Source: Ruditapes philippinarum
Lineage: Eukaryota
Reading direction: 5' to 3'
Assembly (NCBI RefSeq): GCF_026571515.1
Contig: NW_026854290.1
Coordinates: forward strand, 124,001-188,000
DNA: 64,000 nt
The position numbers and the translations under genes were made by a program. Shown here one piece after another: positions 37,401 to 50,508 of this stretch. The number at the start of each line of letters is the position of its first letter. The first letter of the stretch is position 1. A model generated the notes under the pieces. The model saw nothing but the letters and a program-made list of their open reading frames with translations. It was not told the origin of the DNA and made no database searches.

Positions 37401-38173
37401 TGGTAAGTATCGAACGTTTTAAACCACTTTTTAAAATTTCAAACTCATGTTAGAAATTTCTTCAGATGGAAAAAGTTCATAACTGGGGTTTAATGTGCCT
37501 TTAAGAAACTGTAATCATCTGTAAAATAAGTAAGTATAAACTGCCTAAAATAAGTAAGAATAAACTGCCTCCAATCTAAACTTTGTCGATTTGTAAGTCG
37601 GCTTTGACCATGTATAAAAAGTTTCATTAAACTATAATAATTGATCAAGGCTATATACTTGATAACATGGAATAGAAATAAAGAGGCTCCAAGGGCAAAC
37701 TTATTATTAAAAAGACAAAAAAAGACCAACAACTTTAGATGATATGCGTGCATATAGTAGCGTAAATGCTGTTTTTGTTGTGTTTTTTTAAGTCGCACGT
37801 GCGTCATGCATTAAGTATTTATAGGGCAGAATGTTAACATTCCTGAACTGCACTTGTACAAATATTTTATAAACAGAACTATTATAAAACAATATTATCC
37901 AATCGTAAAATAAAACTGGATATGGAGGAAAGTCGCATTTGTTATATAAGTTTAAATTATCCCTTCATATCTATACCTATAAATTAATGGCGTCCTAAAT
38001 TGTGACCTTTTGATCATAACTTTTAAAGGTTTATTTACCTGAAGTTTGTCATGTTTTTCGACCAATTTATCTGGGTTTCGAACAATAGCCCTAACCTCGT
38101 GTCCTCGTTGTAAAGCTTCTTTCACAACCTGAATCCCAGAAGGCCCCGTGGCCCCTAAAACTGCTATTCTCAT
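34444..38173 (-). CDS. BLVRB: Flavin reductase (NADPH) / biliverdin reductase B-like, copy A, 217 aa
   Basis: Exons 38039-38173, 36095-36302, 35073-35237, 34444-34589 (135/208/165/146 nt). MRIAVLGATGPSG Rossmann motif, AIVRNP, GQDAVLSCLG, YTSVRAPQL, RRDVARFML. Confidence 0.9.
37152..37500. mobile_element. Kolobok-type MITE in intron 1 of BLVRB copy A
   Basis: ttaa|aggcccatta ... taatgtgcct|ttaa; short imperfect TIRs. Confidence 0.55.
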
Positions 38174-39004
38174 AATCCAAAACAATAACTACTTCACGAT
38201 CACGTGTTTATATTTTTATTTACATACGTGAGTAGCAAACCATCCCTTGTTTACCACTAATCGAAAAAACACATATTTAAACCTATTAATGCATCACAAA
38301 TTACAAAATAACCCTAAACTTTTGAATAGAAAACGACTAGATACGTGATAAAAAGTAAAACCTACAAGGGGTTCTGACCTTGAAGGTTTGGTCATTAATG
38401 AGTACAGATATTATGTGACATTATGGTCAGTTAATAAATTTTTTCTGGCCTTATTAAAGAATTATGTACTTGATAAATTACACATATCACTTGAGTTATA
38501 ATTTTAAAACATTTATTAAGTTATATTTATTAAACATAAATTCATAATAGTTGAATAGTTTATAATATTATGTTAATCCATGTAATCAATCGATAAAGCT
38601 GCACACCTTCGTAAGATTTGATCAAGCGTCAAACTTGTGCTATTCTTATCAATATAAATATAGATCTTAAATTTCGTAGTGTATCCTAGGCAATATTTTA
38701 TAAATCATTAAAAGAACAGCTTTTTATCAATCACACAACATGTCGATGGAACTCAGAATGTCGGCGGAATGTTTCATAAATACATTGTGTTACACGCAGG
38801 ATGTGTAAATCACTGTTCGCTTCTGGCAGATTTATTGTTATTCATATCTTCTTTTAATAAGTTTTCAATCTGTCGGTTAATAATTATTTCCAGTACAGTA
38901 GTAATTCCGCTTTTGAATGAAACATCGTTGTCCTCTTTTTATGTTGAATTATTCCTTTTAATGCCCTATTATTTCTTCTATCATAAGCCCGTTGTTCAGT
39001 TTTT

Positions 39005-42000
39005 TCATCCGGATGCTATGGCTATACATTTCCGTTTAAAGTTACCACTTTCAGCAGCGTCCAACATGAACCTTGCCGCGTCACGTCTGCAGCAGACAAG
39101 ACGTTTCTCTGATGGCACCCGCTGTCCTTCGTGAAATAAAACTGTGGCACCTGAAAGATCGGAAAAATGGCCTCTTTTTAATTTTTACACACACTTTAAA
39201 TTTTTGATATCTTGTTACTGTTTCCAAAATTACTCATTTGCCATTCAGGCAACCCATCTTTGCTTCTTTTGTTTGTTTGTATAATTATAGAGAAAAAGTA
39301 TTTTGAATGGAGGTCAAAATATTACTTTATTTACATTGCGCTACTTTACGTAACATTACTGCACATTTAGGGCTACACTCGTTAAGCTACAGTCTCACTT
39401 ACATCCCGGCAGAGCCCCGGCAGAGCCCCGGTAGACGTCCGGGGTGATCCGGGAACGACCGGGGTACGACCGGGAACAACCGGGGTACATCCGTAACTCT
39501 GCCGGCAACGTCCTGGATGATCCGGGATGATCCGGGAACATCCGGCATTCGACCCCGGATGGAATAAAATATTTAATATCACCGGGGTGGTCCGGGATGA
39601 TCCGGGAAGGTATAGCTTTGCCGGCATCATCCTTAGCTCTGCCGGGAACGACCGGGGTGATACCGGGAAAGCACCGTAGCTCTGCCGGCACAAACCGGGA
39701 ATGATCCGGGGTATGATATAGCCGGTAGAGCTACGGTAGAGCTACGGTAGAGCCCCGGTATATGCCGGCAGAGCCCCGGTAACTACAGGCAGAGCCCCGG
39801 AGGATAAAGGTAGAGCTACGGTTGATCCCGGTAGAGCCCCGGTAGAGCCCCGGCAAAGCCCGGATCATTTAAAAAAAAATAAGGACAATTTGTGATGATT
39901 GAACTTGTTTGTATTAAAAGCCTTCCCATTTCCCTTCTATCCAGTATGGCATAAGGATTTTTCAGAAAATCATCATGAATTACTATTCTGGAACAATAGA
40001 TATTAAATTAAATAAAAATTATGTATCAAAGTTATCATTTTCGGGCGTTTTCAATCCACCGGGGTTCTACCGGGGCTCTGCCTGGATCGTCCTGGGCTCT
40101 GCCGGGGCTCTGCCTGGATCGACCGGGGCTCTGCCTGGGTCAACCGGGGCTCTTCCGGCGTCATCCGGGAACGACCGGGGAAGCACCGGCATGAACCGTA
40201 GCTTCACCTGGGCTCTGCCTGGATGATCCGGAGCGCATCCTGGGTGGTTAGTAGGGAACTACCGTAGTGCTGCCGGGGTAAGTGTGACCGCAACAATAAT
40301 TTCATCCCGGATCGTCCCGGATCATCCCGGTAACTTACCGGGATGGTCCTGGGCTCTGCCGGGAGTAAGTGAGACCGAGGCTTTAGCTGTTAAACATGCT
40401 CTAAATCCACTATAACAAATAAATATGAATAGGTTTCCGGTTAATTTATTTTTTGTACAATAGACATTATTTGAACAGACCTGTAGTTTCTGTGTTAGTG
40501 AGCTGAGGTGGACGGACGGACGTATATTCAATATCCGGGCATTCTACTTCCATATAGTCTTCCATTTCTCCCATGTTTTTAAGGACCTGACCTAGAAATA
40601 TAGGCTTAATGACCCAGGTTATCATAAATGGGTCTGTGCTGCTATCTGAAAAATAAGAATGATAAGCGAAAAGTTAACATTCCTGATTCATATATAAAAA
40701 GGCCAATAAGATTTTAATCTTAAATGCCATATTTTGCAAGTTTTTTTCAAAATGGTCACGAGTCATAAGTTTGCTAATATTTCCTACTTTCTATGTGATT
40801 TTTGCTTTAAAAACGTGCTGTAGAAAACCCCAGTGGGATGGGTCATGACTCTCCCTTACAGACGCGCGCGTGCGTATCTGTAAATAAACAGAACAGTAAA
40901 ACGCATAATCTCATAAACGCATGTTACCCAATCTGTTAGTTTGTTAAAGGAACTCCTCTGAGGTTTATAAGCCTAAAAACATAAAATTTTAGTTTTTCAC
41001 ATAGATAAACATGAGCACTTAAAACAGAAATATAAATAAAATGTAACCAAGAAATATACAAGAAATACATTGAAAATCATATGTTTGTGCTATGCTCAGT
41101 CCGATTTGAGTGAAAAGCGTTTAAACGCTTTTCAATTTTGGGTCATTTTTCACTATTATAATAATTATTCTGGAAAAACGAAGGGAGCTAATGATCTGAA
41201 TTTTTGCACATGCCTTATTAGTATAGATCTACATCAAATGGAGTAATAATCTCAAAAATTTATTTCCAGTCCCGTCATGTCAAAAAACCTCAGTGGAGTC
41301 CCTTTAAGAATCACTGTATATGTAACAAGCCGTGGAATATAAATTCCGAAATAAAAATATGAATAAACAACTTTACTTACACTTAGTATACCAAGCAGCC
41401 ATGAAAATGAATCGTTTTACGTTGGCTCTTCTAAGAGCTGTCACGATGGGTTTTGCAGAGTCGGTATAGAAGGTTACAGTCCAAAGACTAAACCAACTTG
41501 GACCACAACCTAGACACGACAGCACAGCATCTTGACCTTGGAAGTGCGGCTCCAGTGAGTCCGAGTCAAAAATATTTGCCTTCACAACCTTCAAAATAAT
41601 TTATATTTGCTGATGATACATCTTAATATATGTAACGATCTCTCAATATCGATCTACATTTTATGATATTTACTCTAAGTGTATACGAACCCTATCTCAG
41701 TTTTAATAACATTATAAAACTAGTGTTATGTAATATAAAATCTGCAGAAATATAACTCATTCCATATATACATCATTGCTTAGATGCATATTAACTTTTC
41801 TTAAGTTTATAAACAACATATATTTCGCCAAATGTTATTTAAAAACAACAAAAGACAACAATAAATAGAAAACAACAACAAAAAACCTATAGAGAAACAT
41901 ATAACATTTTTTTATCTAACTTACCTTTAACTTGTCGTGTTTTTCCGTCAGTTTATCTGGGTTACGTACGATGGCTGTTACGTCATGGCCCCGTTGTAAC

Positions 42001-42059
42001 GCTTCCTTGACCAGTTGTATCCCTGAAGGACCCGTGGATCCTAATATCGCGAGCTTCAT
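39005..42059 (-). CDS. BLVRB: Flavin reductase (NADPH) / biliverdin reductase B-like, copy B, 217 aa
   Basis: Exons 41925-42059, 41381-41588, 40481-40645, 39005-39150, with the same lengths and phases as copy A. MKLAILGSTGPSG, GQDAVLSCLG, YTSVRPPQL. Confidence 0.9.
39385..40382. mobile_element. GC-rich non-autonomous PIF/Harbinger-type element (TTA TSD) in intron 3 of BLVRB copy B
   Basis: tta|agctacagtctcacttacatcccggcagagcc ... ggctctgccgggagtaagtgagaccgaggct|tta. Many internal ccggcagagc/ccggg subrepeats in mirror orientation. Confidence 0.82.
40948..41303. mobile_element. Kolobok-type MITE in intron 2 of BLVRB copy B
   Basis: ttaa|aggaactcctctgaggttt ... aaacctcagtggagtccct|ttaa. Confidence 0.78.
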
Positions 42060-42988
42060 CGTAGAATCAATAAAATATCCTCTACAAAACACAAACTATT
42101 CATATAAGTTCACACACCAGCACTAATCTTATGAAATGTCGATATATACGACGCTACGTGTATTTACTCACTGAATAAACGCGTTTCACTGCTCTCAGCA
42201 CTTGAGAGAAAAGAAAAGTGATTCATGTAAGTTATTCACGTTGTAAGTGACGTTGTCTGGACGTGGCTCACCTTCAGTTTAAAGGTCATTTTATGTTTAC
42301 TTTAAATAGCAAGAGGTTATTTGATATATGTATAATTCCTTACGTAACCGGAGATTTAAGCCTAATTTATTGAAGTTTACTTATTTCATTTTTATCGTTC
42401 ATTGAGTTGTTGAAATACTTTTACATAGTATTTAGGCTCCCATAAAAACTTTTAATTGTCATACCTAAAATTGTGACACTAAGTTGACAAAAAATATTAG
42501 AAAAAAACCTTTATAAAGGGAGATTACTACAAAAAGGCTGTTTTGTGAGTACGACACTAGTTATCGAAACTGATCATAAATAAAAAGCACTATGGTGGGT
42601 AATCAATGCCATAAGGGTATCATCAACTTTCTGCGATTTTTATGCAGCATTGCTGATAAGTTTCCTTTAAAAGCAGCATGTCTCCAGGTTCATGCTAATT
42701 TTCATGAAAATTTTGAAAAATAATTTTAGAAGTAAAACATTATGAAGTGATCTACGCATTGCAAACGCCACTTACAATCCATGTTAATTACCGGAAGACG
42801 ACTAAAATATGCAAAAATAACCATCTCCCATGTTAGTAATAACTTGAATCTTGAAACTTTTAACTTTTCTTTCTCAAGTTTGATTTTCCTGAAAGAATTT
42901 CGACTCACCTGGAGGCACGGAGCTTTAATGCAGATTAAGAAATAGAAAGAGCATCGAAACACGAGGCTATCTGATTTGTACGAGTATT

Positions 42989-43120
42989 NNNNNNNNNNNN
43001 NNNNNNNNNNNNNNNNNNNNNNNNNNNNNNNNNNNNNNNNNNNNNNNNNNNNNNNNNNNNNNNNNNNNNNNNNNNNNNNNNNNNNNNNNNNNNNNNNNNN
43101 NNNNNNNNNNNNNNNNNNNT
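42989..43120. other. Assembly gap
   Basis: Run of N. Confidence 1.
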
Positions 43121-44882
43121 ATTCTTTCTCTTTTGTATCATAGTCAAACATAAAAGCACGTTCCCGGTTGTCACAATATGAAACACAGGGGGGAAAATGG
43201 ACATGCTCTGGAGTGCGGGTAACTAATACCTGCACTTAAATCTGACACACTCTGACACATTTTAAACAGAAAGGTCCCCAAACCATGATACAAATAAATG
43301 TAAATGAACAAGGATTATGAGTTTGTCAAAGATTAAACAGCCTTAAATTTAGGAAACAGATTAACGCGCTGTCAGTTTCTTTTTCCTTTCTTTATTATTG
43401 GTAGAAAAAATATGTTGTATTCAATCTTTGGCAAAATTCAAACGGGAATTACCCAAGGAAACTGTTTCAACGCTATTGTAAAACATAATTTTACAATTGA
43501 TAGGAAAAAATAGACAGGTATGCTTGATTTAATTAAAATAGTTTCATGATTTTACATAAGGAATTTCCCCTTTCATAATATTTATGTTCAATGGAATATG
43601 TCCTAAGCTATACTCTAAGGTCTTTGATGAAAATTGTTCATTGTATTGTGTACATGTACACTAAAGAGTGTTCTCTGTTCCCTGAAGAGAAGAACTGAAT
43701 GCGCGCTCCGCTTTTAACAACAAGAGCACTCTCACGAAACAATACACTAACATACTTCTGGATGTGTTTGGAATTTTATCTACTGAGCATTACTCATCTG
43801 TTTGATCATGGACCGATGTTCCTCATCCACTAAATATTCAGTGTGCCTTATTTTTGCGAACACTGTACGTATTCGAGGCAACAACTGTGTTCTTTTTTCA
43901 CTAAAATACTACATAATGTACCTTGCATTTTGTTTACTTAACACTACTTGATATAGCTCACTAAAACATTTCTCAGCCTTGAAATCATTTATAAGCAGAC
44001 TATATATTCACTAAACACCTTTCTTTTTTCACTTAAACACTACTTTTTGTCCAGAATTTTGCTGAGTATTTCTCATGGAACCGAGATCTTCGTTCGCAAA
44101 ACACATCTCAGAGTAACTTAAATTGTTAGTGTGACTTAAAAATGTTCACAGCAATTGAATTCTTTGTTCTCTACAACGCGTATCAATTTGGTTTGAAGGT
44201 TTGTTTACAGATCACTATTCACGTAACTGTCGTTTTTGTTTACTAAAACACTTTTATCAAGTTGCTTTACAAGGTTATTTACAGAGCACTTCTCACGGAA
44301 GGTACTAATGACCGAATATGCACTCTTAGTGAAAATCAAGCAACAATTTGATTCCCCCCTTTCCCCCCACGTATCACCAACCGGAATGCTAGTAAAATAT
44401 GCTTAACCCACTGTGGACTATGATTTACCCCATATGTAAATAATATAACCTCGTCGACGTCCTGGATTAGCACTTAGTTCCTACCCTCGTTGTCTTATAA
44501 GCCAGTTGTAGATTATCGATTTAATAGACCCCAAAAACCCAAGAATTGTTATTGGATGAGTATGGAATCGAACTTGCGAAACCTAGATAACTGGTCCGGC
44601 GCGTTACCACTGAATCACACATCCGCTGCTGTTTTCATTTATTCTTACGTGCACTTTTCTATAACCAGCATGCAGCTTATTTTCAATTTATCATATTAAA
44701 CTCATCAATATGTTGTCAGAAATATAAACTTAAGATATTTTATAATGATAAGTGTGCAATAATTGTTTCGCTCACCAGAAAATAATTATTTATGTGTCTC
44801 TTTCTGGCCGCCGTAGTTAACCGGTAGTATAAAACTAGGCCGTATCTAAAAATAGATTGAATAGAAAACACTACCGTATGGT

Positions 44883-44992
44883 AGAAATTTCTAGATCCGA
44901 TCAATAACGAATGGTTACGTAAACAACCGTATCGGGAATTTTCTCGTTAAAAAGAGAATAAACTTCCCGAAACATCGTATAAGGTATATAAA
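44883..44992 (+). promoter_or_regulatory. Heat-shock promoter: clustered HSEs and TATA box
   Basis: aGAAatTTCtaGAt (44883-44896), gGAAttTTCt (44935-44944), cTTCccGAAacATC (44963-44976), TATATAAA (44985-44992), about 110 nt before the ATG. Confidence 0.75.
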
Positions 44993-45100
44993 CAGAGAAT
45001 GTTTCAGTCTTGTTCAACAAACAAAGAAATAGTGGATTACCAAAAAGTGAAATAATAAGTAATTAGTTGTAAAACTTCAACTGAGGATAAAAAGAGAAAT

Positions 45101-46289
45101 ATGTCTTGGATTATTGTACCAACGCGAAGACAGAATTTTGGATTCTTCGACCGGCAAAGAGATTTATTCTCGGACTGGCTGCATTTATTCGACGATTCAT
45201 GGCAGGGCTTGGGTTTGGATGATTCAACCAGGCGGTTTGAGAGGGAACTTGACCGGGTGCGCTCTGAACTTCATAGAATGGACGTACAGCCAGTGATGAT
45301 GGACGAAACGATCAATCCATTCATTGTTGGTAAGTAATCTTTGAATAGTTTTGATTTGAAATTAAGTTAAGTTGTAGAGTTTGTAAATTATTAAACGTAT
45401 GCATAAGTCAGTGAGCGTTAGAAAGTTCGAGTCTCGAGTCAAAGTATGACGCACCTGGCATCGTGAAAATACTTTACTTTGAGGCGATCTTGTTGCATTA
45501 TATAAATAAAAAAGTTTATATCTATTTGTAATTTCAGCAATCCAAATGCTATTTCAGCGCACGCGTCTGGTTGATTTCCTGTTAAAATATACATGTATAC
45601 TTAGGTATAATCTGTCACCCATGTCGTCGGTATGGCTTGATTATATACATGTATTTATTATAGTCACAATAACAGTATCGTGTTACTGTAAAATGTGTAT
45701 TTCCCAACTGATTTAGATTAGAACGAAAATACGGTCTAGAGGCTCAAATTCTTTCAAACGCATCTTAGTAGTAGCTAGTCCTAATAATTTCGACAGATAA
45801 TTTTGGACGAGCGATGTCATTTTTTCAACGGTTTGGCAGTTTATTTGGGTGAAAAGTATTTGTTAAATCTGTAGTATAAGGTCTGTAGAATTAATTTATC
45901 TTTTAGTAATTACACTCAGTAAGAAGATTGATAACTTAGTTTTTATTCATTTTGCAGATCCAAATGGTCAGCACAAGTTTTCCCTCCGTTTCAACTGCTC
46001 CCAGTTCAAACCAGAGGAGATTGAGGTGAAGACCGAGGATAATCTACTCAAAGTGCACGCAAAACACGTAAAGGAGGAGAAAGGTCGCAAAATTCACCAG
46101 GAGTTCACCAGGCAGTACATGCTTCCGGAAAATGTCGACCCAAACAAGCTGAAGTCGCGTCTGTCAGATGATGGCGTTCTCCAAATCGAGGCTGATGTGC
46201 CTCCACCACAAATCGAGCCACCAAAGGAAGTTATGATTCCAATCGAGCATCTAGAGTCCAAGAAAAAGCCAGAGGCACAGAAAAAGTAA
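45101..46289 (+). CDS. Small heat shock protein (HSP20 / alpha-crystallin family), 186 aa
   Basis: Exons 45101-45329 and 45958-46289 (phase 1). Alpha-crystallin domain KFSLRFNCSQFKPEEIEVK..VHAKH..EFTRQYMLPENVDP..SRLSDDGVLQIEA, and C-terminal IPI (IxI) motif. Confidence 0.95.
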
Positions 46290-47076
46290 ATGAGAAATTT
46301 AGACTCTGCAAAAATGACAGTTACTGTTTAATGTGAAAGTACACATTTGTGTTTTTTTCTCTTTCCTGTATAACTACGTTAAAGACGTTTTGTGCACTGT
46401 TGTATATGTACCTATTGGACTTGATAGACTGACTTTCAAACTAATTTTACTTACTTTTATCATGAGAAACTGATTATTGTATCTTATGTCAGGATATAAG
46501 TTAGATTATGTCAGATGTTAGATTGTATTTTGGGACATTCTTCTTCTGTTTATAAAATACATATTAGAAAATAGTTTCTTCATCTTTTTTAAAATACCAA
46601 AGTAGAAGATAGTATGTGTACCTTGATATTGTTCAGTTAATCTGGTTACATGTTACTTTAGTAAGTTTTGAATAAGTTAAAAAAGTGTATGTGAGATGCA
46701 TATATAGTTCATACAAGCAACTTTCATTGTCATCATTTTTGTATAAGCTTTGTTCATACAATAAAACTTGTGAAAATTGTAAGAAAGGTGTCTTGTTTTT
46801 TATACTTTCTTTTAAAGCATGAATTTGAAATAATTTTATGGTTGAGAATAATTGTGTAAACCAAGTATTCAAGATAAATGAATGATCTAATATCAACACA
46901 ACCGCTGCAGAGAATCAGTTCTTTGTTAAAAACAAAAATATACTATGTTAATCACATAAATTTATGAAATTCTGACTGAATATGTCTTACATGAATAAAA
47001 GAATGAATAAACTATGTATGTGAAGCTGCGTTCAAATAAACTAAAGTTGGTCTTTACTTTAAAAAAAAACTGCCAG

Positions 47077-48707
47077 TTTTAAGTCCCCTACCGGTTTACC
47101 AGAGGGGACTTTAGGTTTACCCTCCGTCCGTCTGTCCGTCCGTCTGTCCGTCCGTCCGTCTCTGTCAGTCCGTCCGTCCACAAAACTGGATCCCGCGATA
47201 ACTTGAAAAGTACTGAAAATATTTTTATGAAACTTGGTATATGGATAGATGGCAGTATGGAGATTATGCACGTCTTTTTCTTTTCTTCCTATGTTGAAAA
47301 TTCTGGTTGCTATGGCAACAAATAGGCTGAAAATATGGCAAATTTTACACATAAACTGGATCCAGTGATAACGCAAAAAGTACTGGAAATATTTTTATGA
47401 AACTTGACATATGGGTAGATGGCAGTCTTGGGATTATGCACGTCTTTTTCTTTTCTTCTTATGTTGAAAATTCTGGTTGCTATGGCAACAAATAGGCTTA
47501 ATGGCAAATTTTACACATAAACTGGATCCAGTGATAAAGCAAAAAGTACTGGAAATATTTTTATGAAACTTGACATATGGGTAGATGGCAGTCTTAGGAT
47601 TATGCACGTCATTTTCTTTTTTTCCTATGTTGAAAATTCTGGTTGCTATGGCAACAAATAGGCTGAAAATATGGCAAATTTTACACATAAACTGGATCCA
47701 GTGATAAAGCAAAAAGTACTGGAAATATTTTTATGAAACTTGACATATGGGTAGATGGCAGTCTTGGGATTATGCACGTCTTTTTCTTTTCTTCCTATGT
47801 TGAAAATTCTGGTTGCTATGGCAACAAATAGGCTGAAAATATGGCAAATTTTACACATAAACTGGATCCAGTGATAAAGCAAAAAGTACTGGAAATATTT
47901 TTATGAAACTTGACATATGGGTAGATGGCAGTCTTGAGATTATGCACGTCTTTTTATTTTCTTCCTATGTTAAGAATTCTGGTTGCTATGGCAACAAATA
48001 GGCTGAAATTATGGCAAATTTTACACATAAACTGGATCCAGTGATAAAGCAAAAAGTACTGGAAATATTTTTATGAAACTTGACATAATTATGGGTAGAT
48101 GGCAGTCTTGAGATTATGCACGTCTTTTTCTTTTCTTCCTATGTTGAGAATTCTGGTTGCTATGGCAACACATAGACTGAAAATATGGCAAATTTTACAC
48201 ATAAACTGAATCCAGTGATAACTCAAAAAGTACTGGAAATATTTTTATGAAACTTGACATATGGGTAGATAGCAGTCTTGAGATTATGCATGTCTTATCT
48301 GTTCTTCCTATTTTGAAAAAATATCGGTTGCCTTGGCAACAAATAGGCTTAAAACATGGCAAATATAACAATATTTGTGATTAGTCAAAAAGAGCTGAAA
48401 ATTTTTATGAAATTGCATCTTTAATTCAAGAGTTATTCTCTCTTTAAGAATTTTGCTTTTCAAATATTATATTTTGGTAACAGGGATGTTTCAAATATTA
48501 ACTTTAGAGTGTCCTTCAGTCCGTCTGTCTGTCTGTTCATAAAAACTGTTTCCTGTGATCACTTTTAAAGAACTTTTCCAACAAGTTTACTTAAAATAGA
48601 GAAAATTGAAACATTAGTGAATGGCCAATGGCCCTTCAGAATGTTGATGGGGTTCTAACCGGTAGGGGACTTATGGATTGCTTGCAATACTATGATAATT
48701 GCTTGTT
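47077..48707 (+). mobile_element. Helentron-associated non-autonomous element (HINE / DINE-1 / pearl-like) with ~7 x 170-bp tandem core repeats
   Basis: Subterminal IR aagtcccctaccggtt (47081) / aaccggtaggggactt (48657-48672), 5' partial IR, (gtcc)n microsatellite at ~47124-47178, 166-174-bp units, T-rich flanks. Confidence 0.85.
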
Positions 48708-49140
48708 TTAAATGAAACTATAAATTCATATTGTGACCACCTATAGCCTGTAGACTTATAAACAAAACATTTCTACTTAATGTGAAGTCATCACATGTTT
48801 ATTTCATATATACAAAGAGACAGTGTAGCGCTTGTCAATATTTTTAATATCAAATTTGAGCATAGTATATCTTTAGTATATAAAGGTATATTGCTCTGTC
48901 ATCATTTGTTGTTGCAGGGATTATGGCTCTAGAGAACCGCTCTGCAAAATTTCAGTTGTATTGAGGTTCAGTTGTATTGTTTGGAATTGCACCCAGTATT
49001 AGTATCTGGTTAAGAATAAGATTGTGTACTAGAACTCTTCGACTAAAAAAATCAACCAGTCTAAAACGTGAATCAACATAAACCTTGAATTTATTTTCTC
49101 AGATAAAAGGAAAGAAAACCTGAGGATTTACTTGTAATTA

Positions 49141-50367
49141 AAACACAAGAAACATGGCAATGCCACGAAAACAGGTTTTCAATTCTCACCATTGTAGATA
49201 AATATGTTGTAGTTGAACAGTGTAACTATTTGCAATGTAAATCATGAATAAAGTAGGAGGAATTGCGCACAGAATAAGTGTTCACTATATATTCTGTATA
49301 AGGAAAAAAAACAAAGGGCTATAAGTAGGTCAAAAATTATCCAATCAAAAAACTCTGACAATATGCGCCAGGGCACTTGGTTACAAAGCTTCTGTGAAAG
49401 TTTGAACTAAATCTGTTGAGAAATGTAGGAGGAGTTCAGCACAGAAGAAATTGTTCACTATATATTCTGTATAAGGAAAAAAACAAAGGGCCATAAGTAG
49501 GTAAAAAATTATCCAATCACAAAACCCCGACAATATGCACCAGGGCACTTAGTGACAAAGCTTTTGTGAAAGTTTGAACAAAATCCGTTGAGAAATGTAG
49601 GAGGAGTTCAGCACAGAAGAAATTGTTCACTATATATTATTTATAAGGAAAAAAACGAAGGGCCATAATTAGGTCAAATATTATCCAGCCCCAAAACCCC
49701 GACAATATGCGCCAGGGCCCTTGATAACAAAGCTTCTGTGAAAGTTTGGTCAAAATCCGTTGAGAAATGTAGGAGGAGTTGCGCACAGAAGAAATTGTTC
49801 ACTTATATTCTGTACAAGGAAAAAAACAAAGGGCCATAATTAGGTCAAATATTATCCAATCACAAAACCCTGACAATATGCCACAGGGCACTTGATGACA
49901 AAGCTACTGTGAAAGTTTGGTCAAAATCCGTTGAGAAATGTAAGAGGAGTTGCGCACAGAAGAAATTGTTCACTTTATATTCTAAATAGGGAAAAACAAA
50001 GGGTCATAATAAGGTCAAATATTATCAAATCACAAAACCCGACAATATGCGCCAGGGCACTTAATGGCAAAGCTTCTGTGAAAGTTTTGTCAAAATCCAT
50101 TGAGAAATGTAGGAAGAGTTGCGCACAGAAGAAATTGTTCACTATATATTATATGTAAGGAAAAAACAAAGGGCCATAATAAGGTCAAATATTATCCAAT
50201 CACAAAACCCCGACAATATGCGCCAGGGCACTAAATGACAAAGGCTCTGTGAAATTTTGGTCAAAATCCGTTTAGAAATGTAGGAGTTACGCACAGAAGA
50301 AATTGTTTACGCCCGCCCGTATGCCCGCCCAGCGACATACTTCAATCTTCGGAAAATCTAGTTAAAA
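49141..50367 (-). mobile_element. Second HINE-like element in the opposite orientation, with ~7 x 170-bp units of a different family
   Basis: Unit gagaaatgtaggaggagttgcgcacagaagaaattgttcac.. every ~170 bp; (cgcc)n-like tract at ~50309-50330; ends in ctagttaaaa next to the gap. Confidence 0.78.
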
Positions 50368-50508
50368 NNNNNNNNNNNNNNNNNNNNNNNNNNNNNNNNN
50401 NNNNNNNNNNNNNNNNNNNNNNNNNNNNNNNNNNNNNNNNNNNNNNNNNNNNNNNNNNNNNNNNNNNNNNNNNNNNNNNNNNNNNNNNNNNNNNNNNNNN
50501 NNNNNNNN
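50368..50508. other. Assembly gap
   Basis: Run of N. Confidence 1.

Noticed and set aside
39382-40531. Pro/Gly/Arg-rich ORFs
   Set aside because: GC-rich MITE subrepeats with no transposase motifs.
47077-50367. CRISPR-like regular repeats
   Set aside because: Whole ~170-bp units repeat with no unique spacers, there are no cas genes, and the context is eukaryotic.
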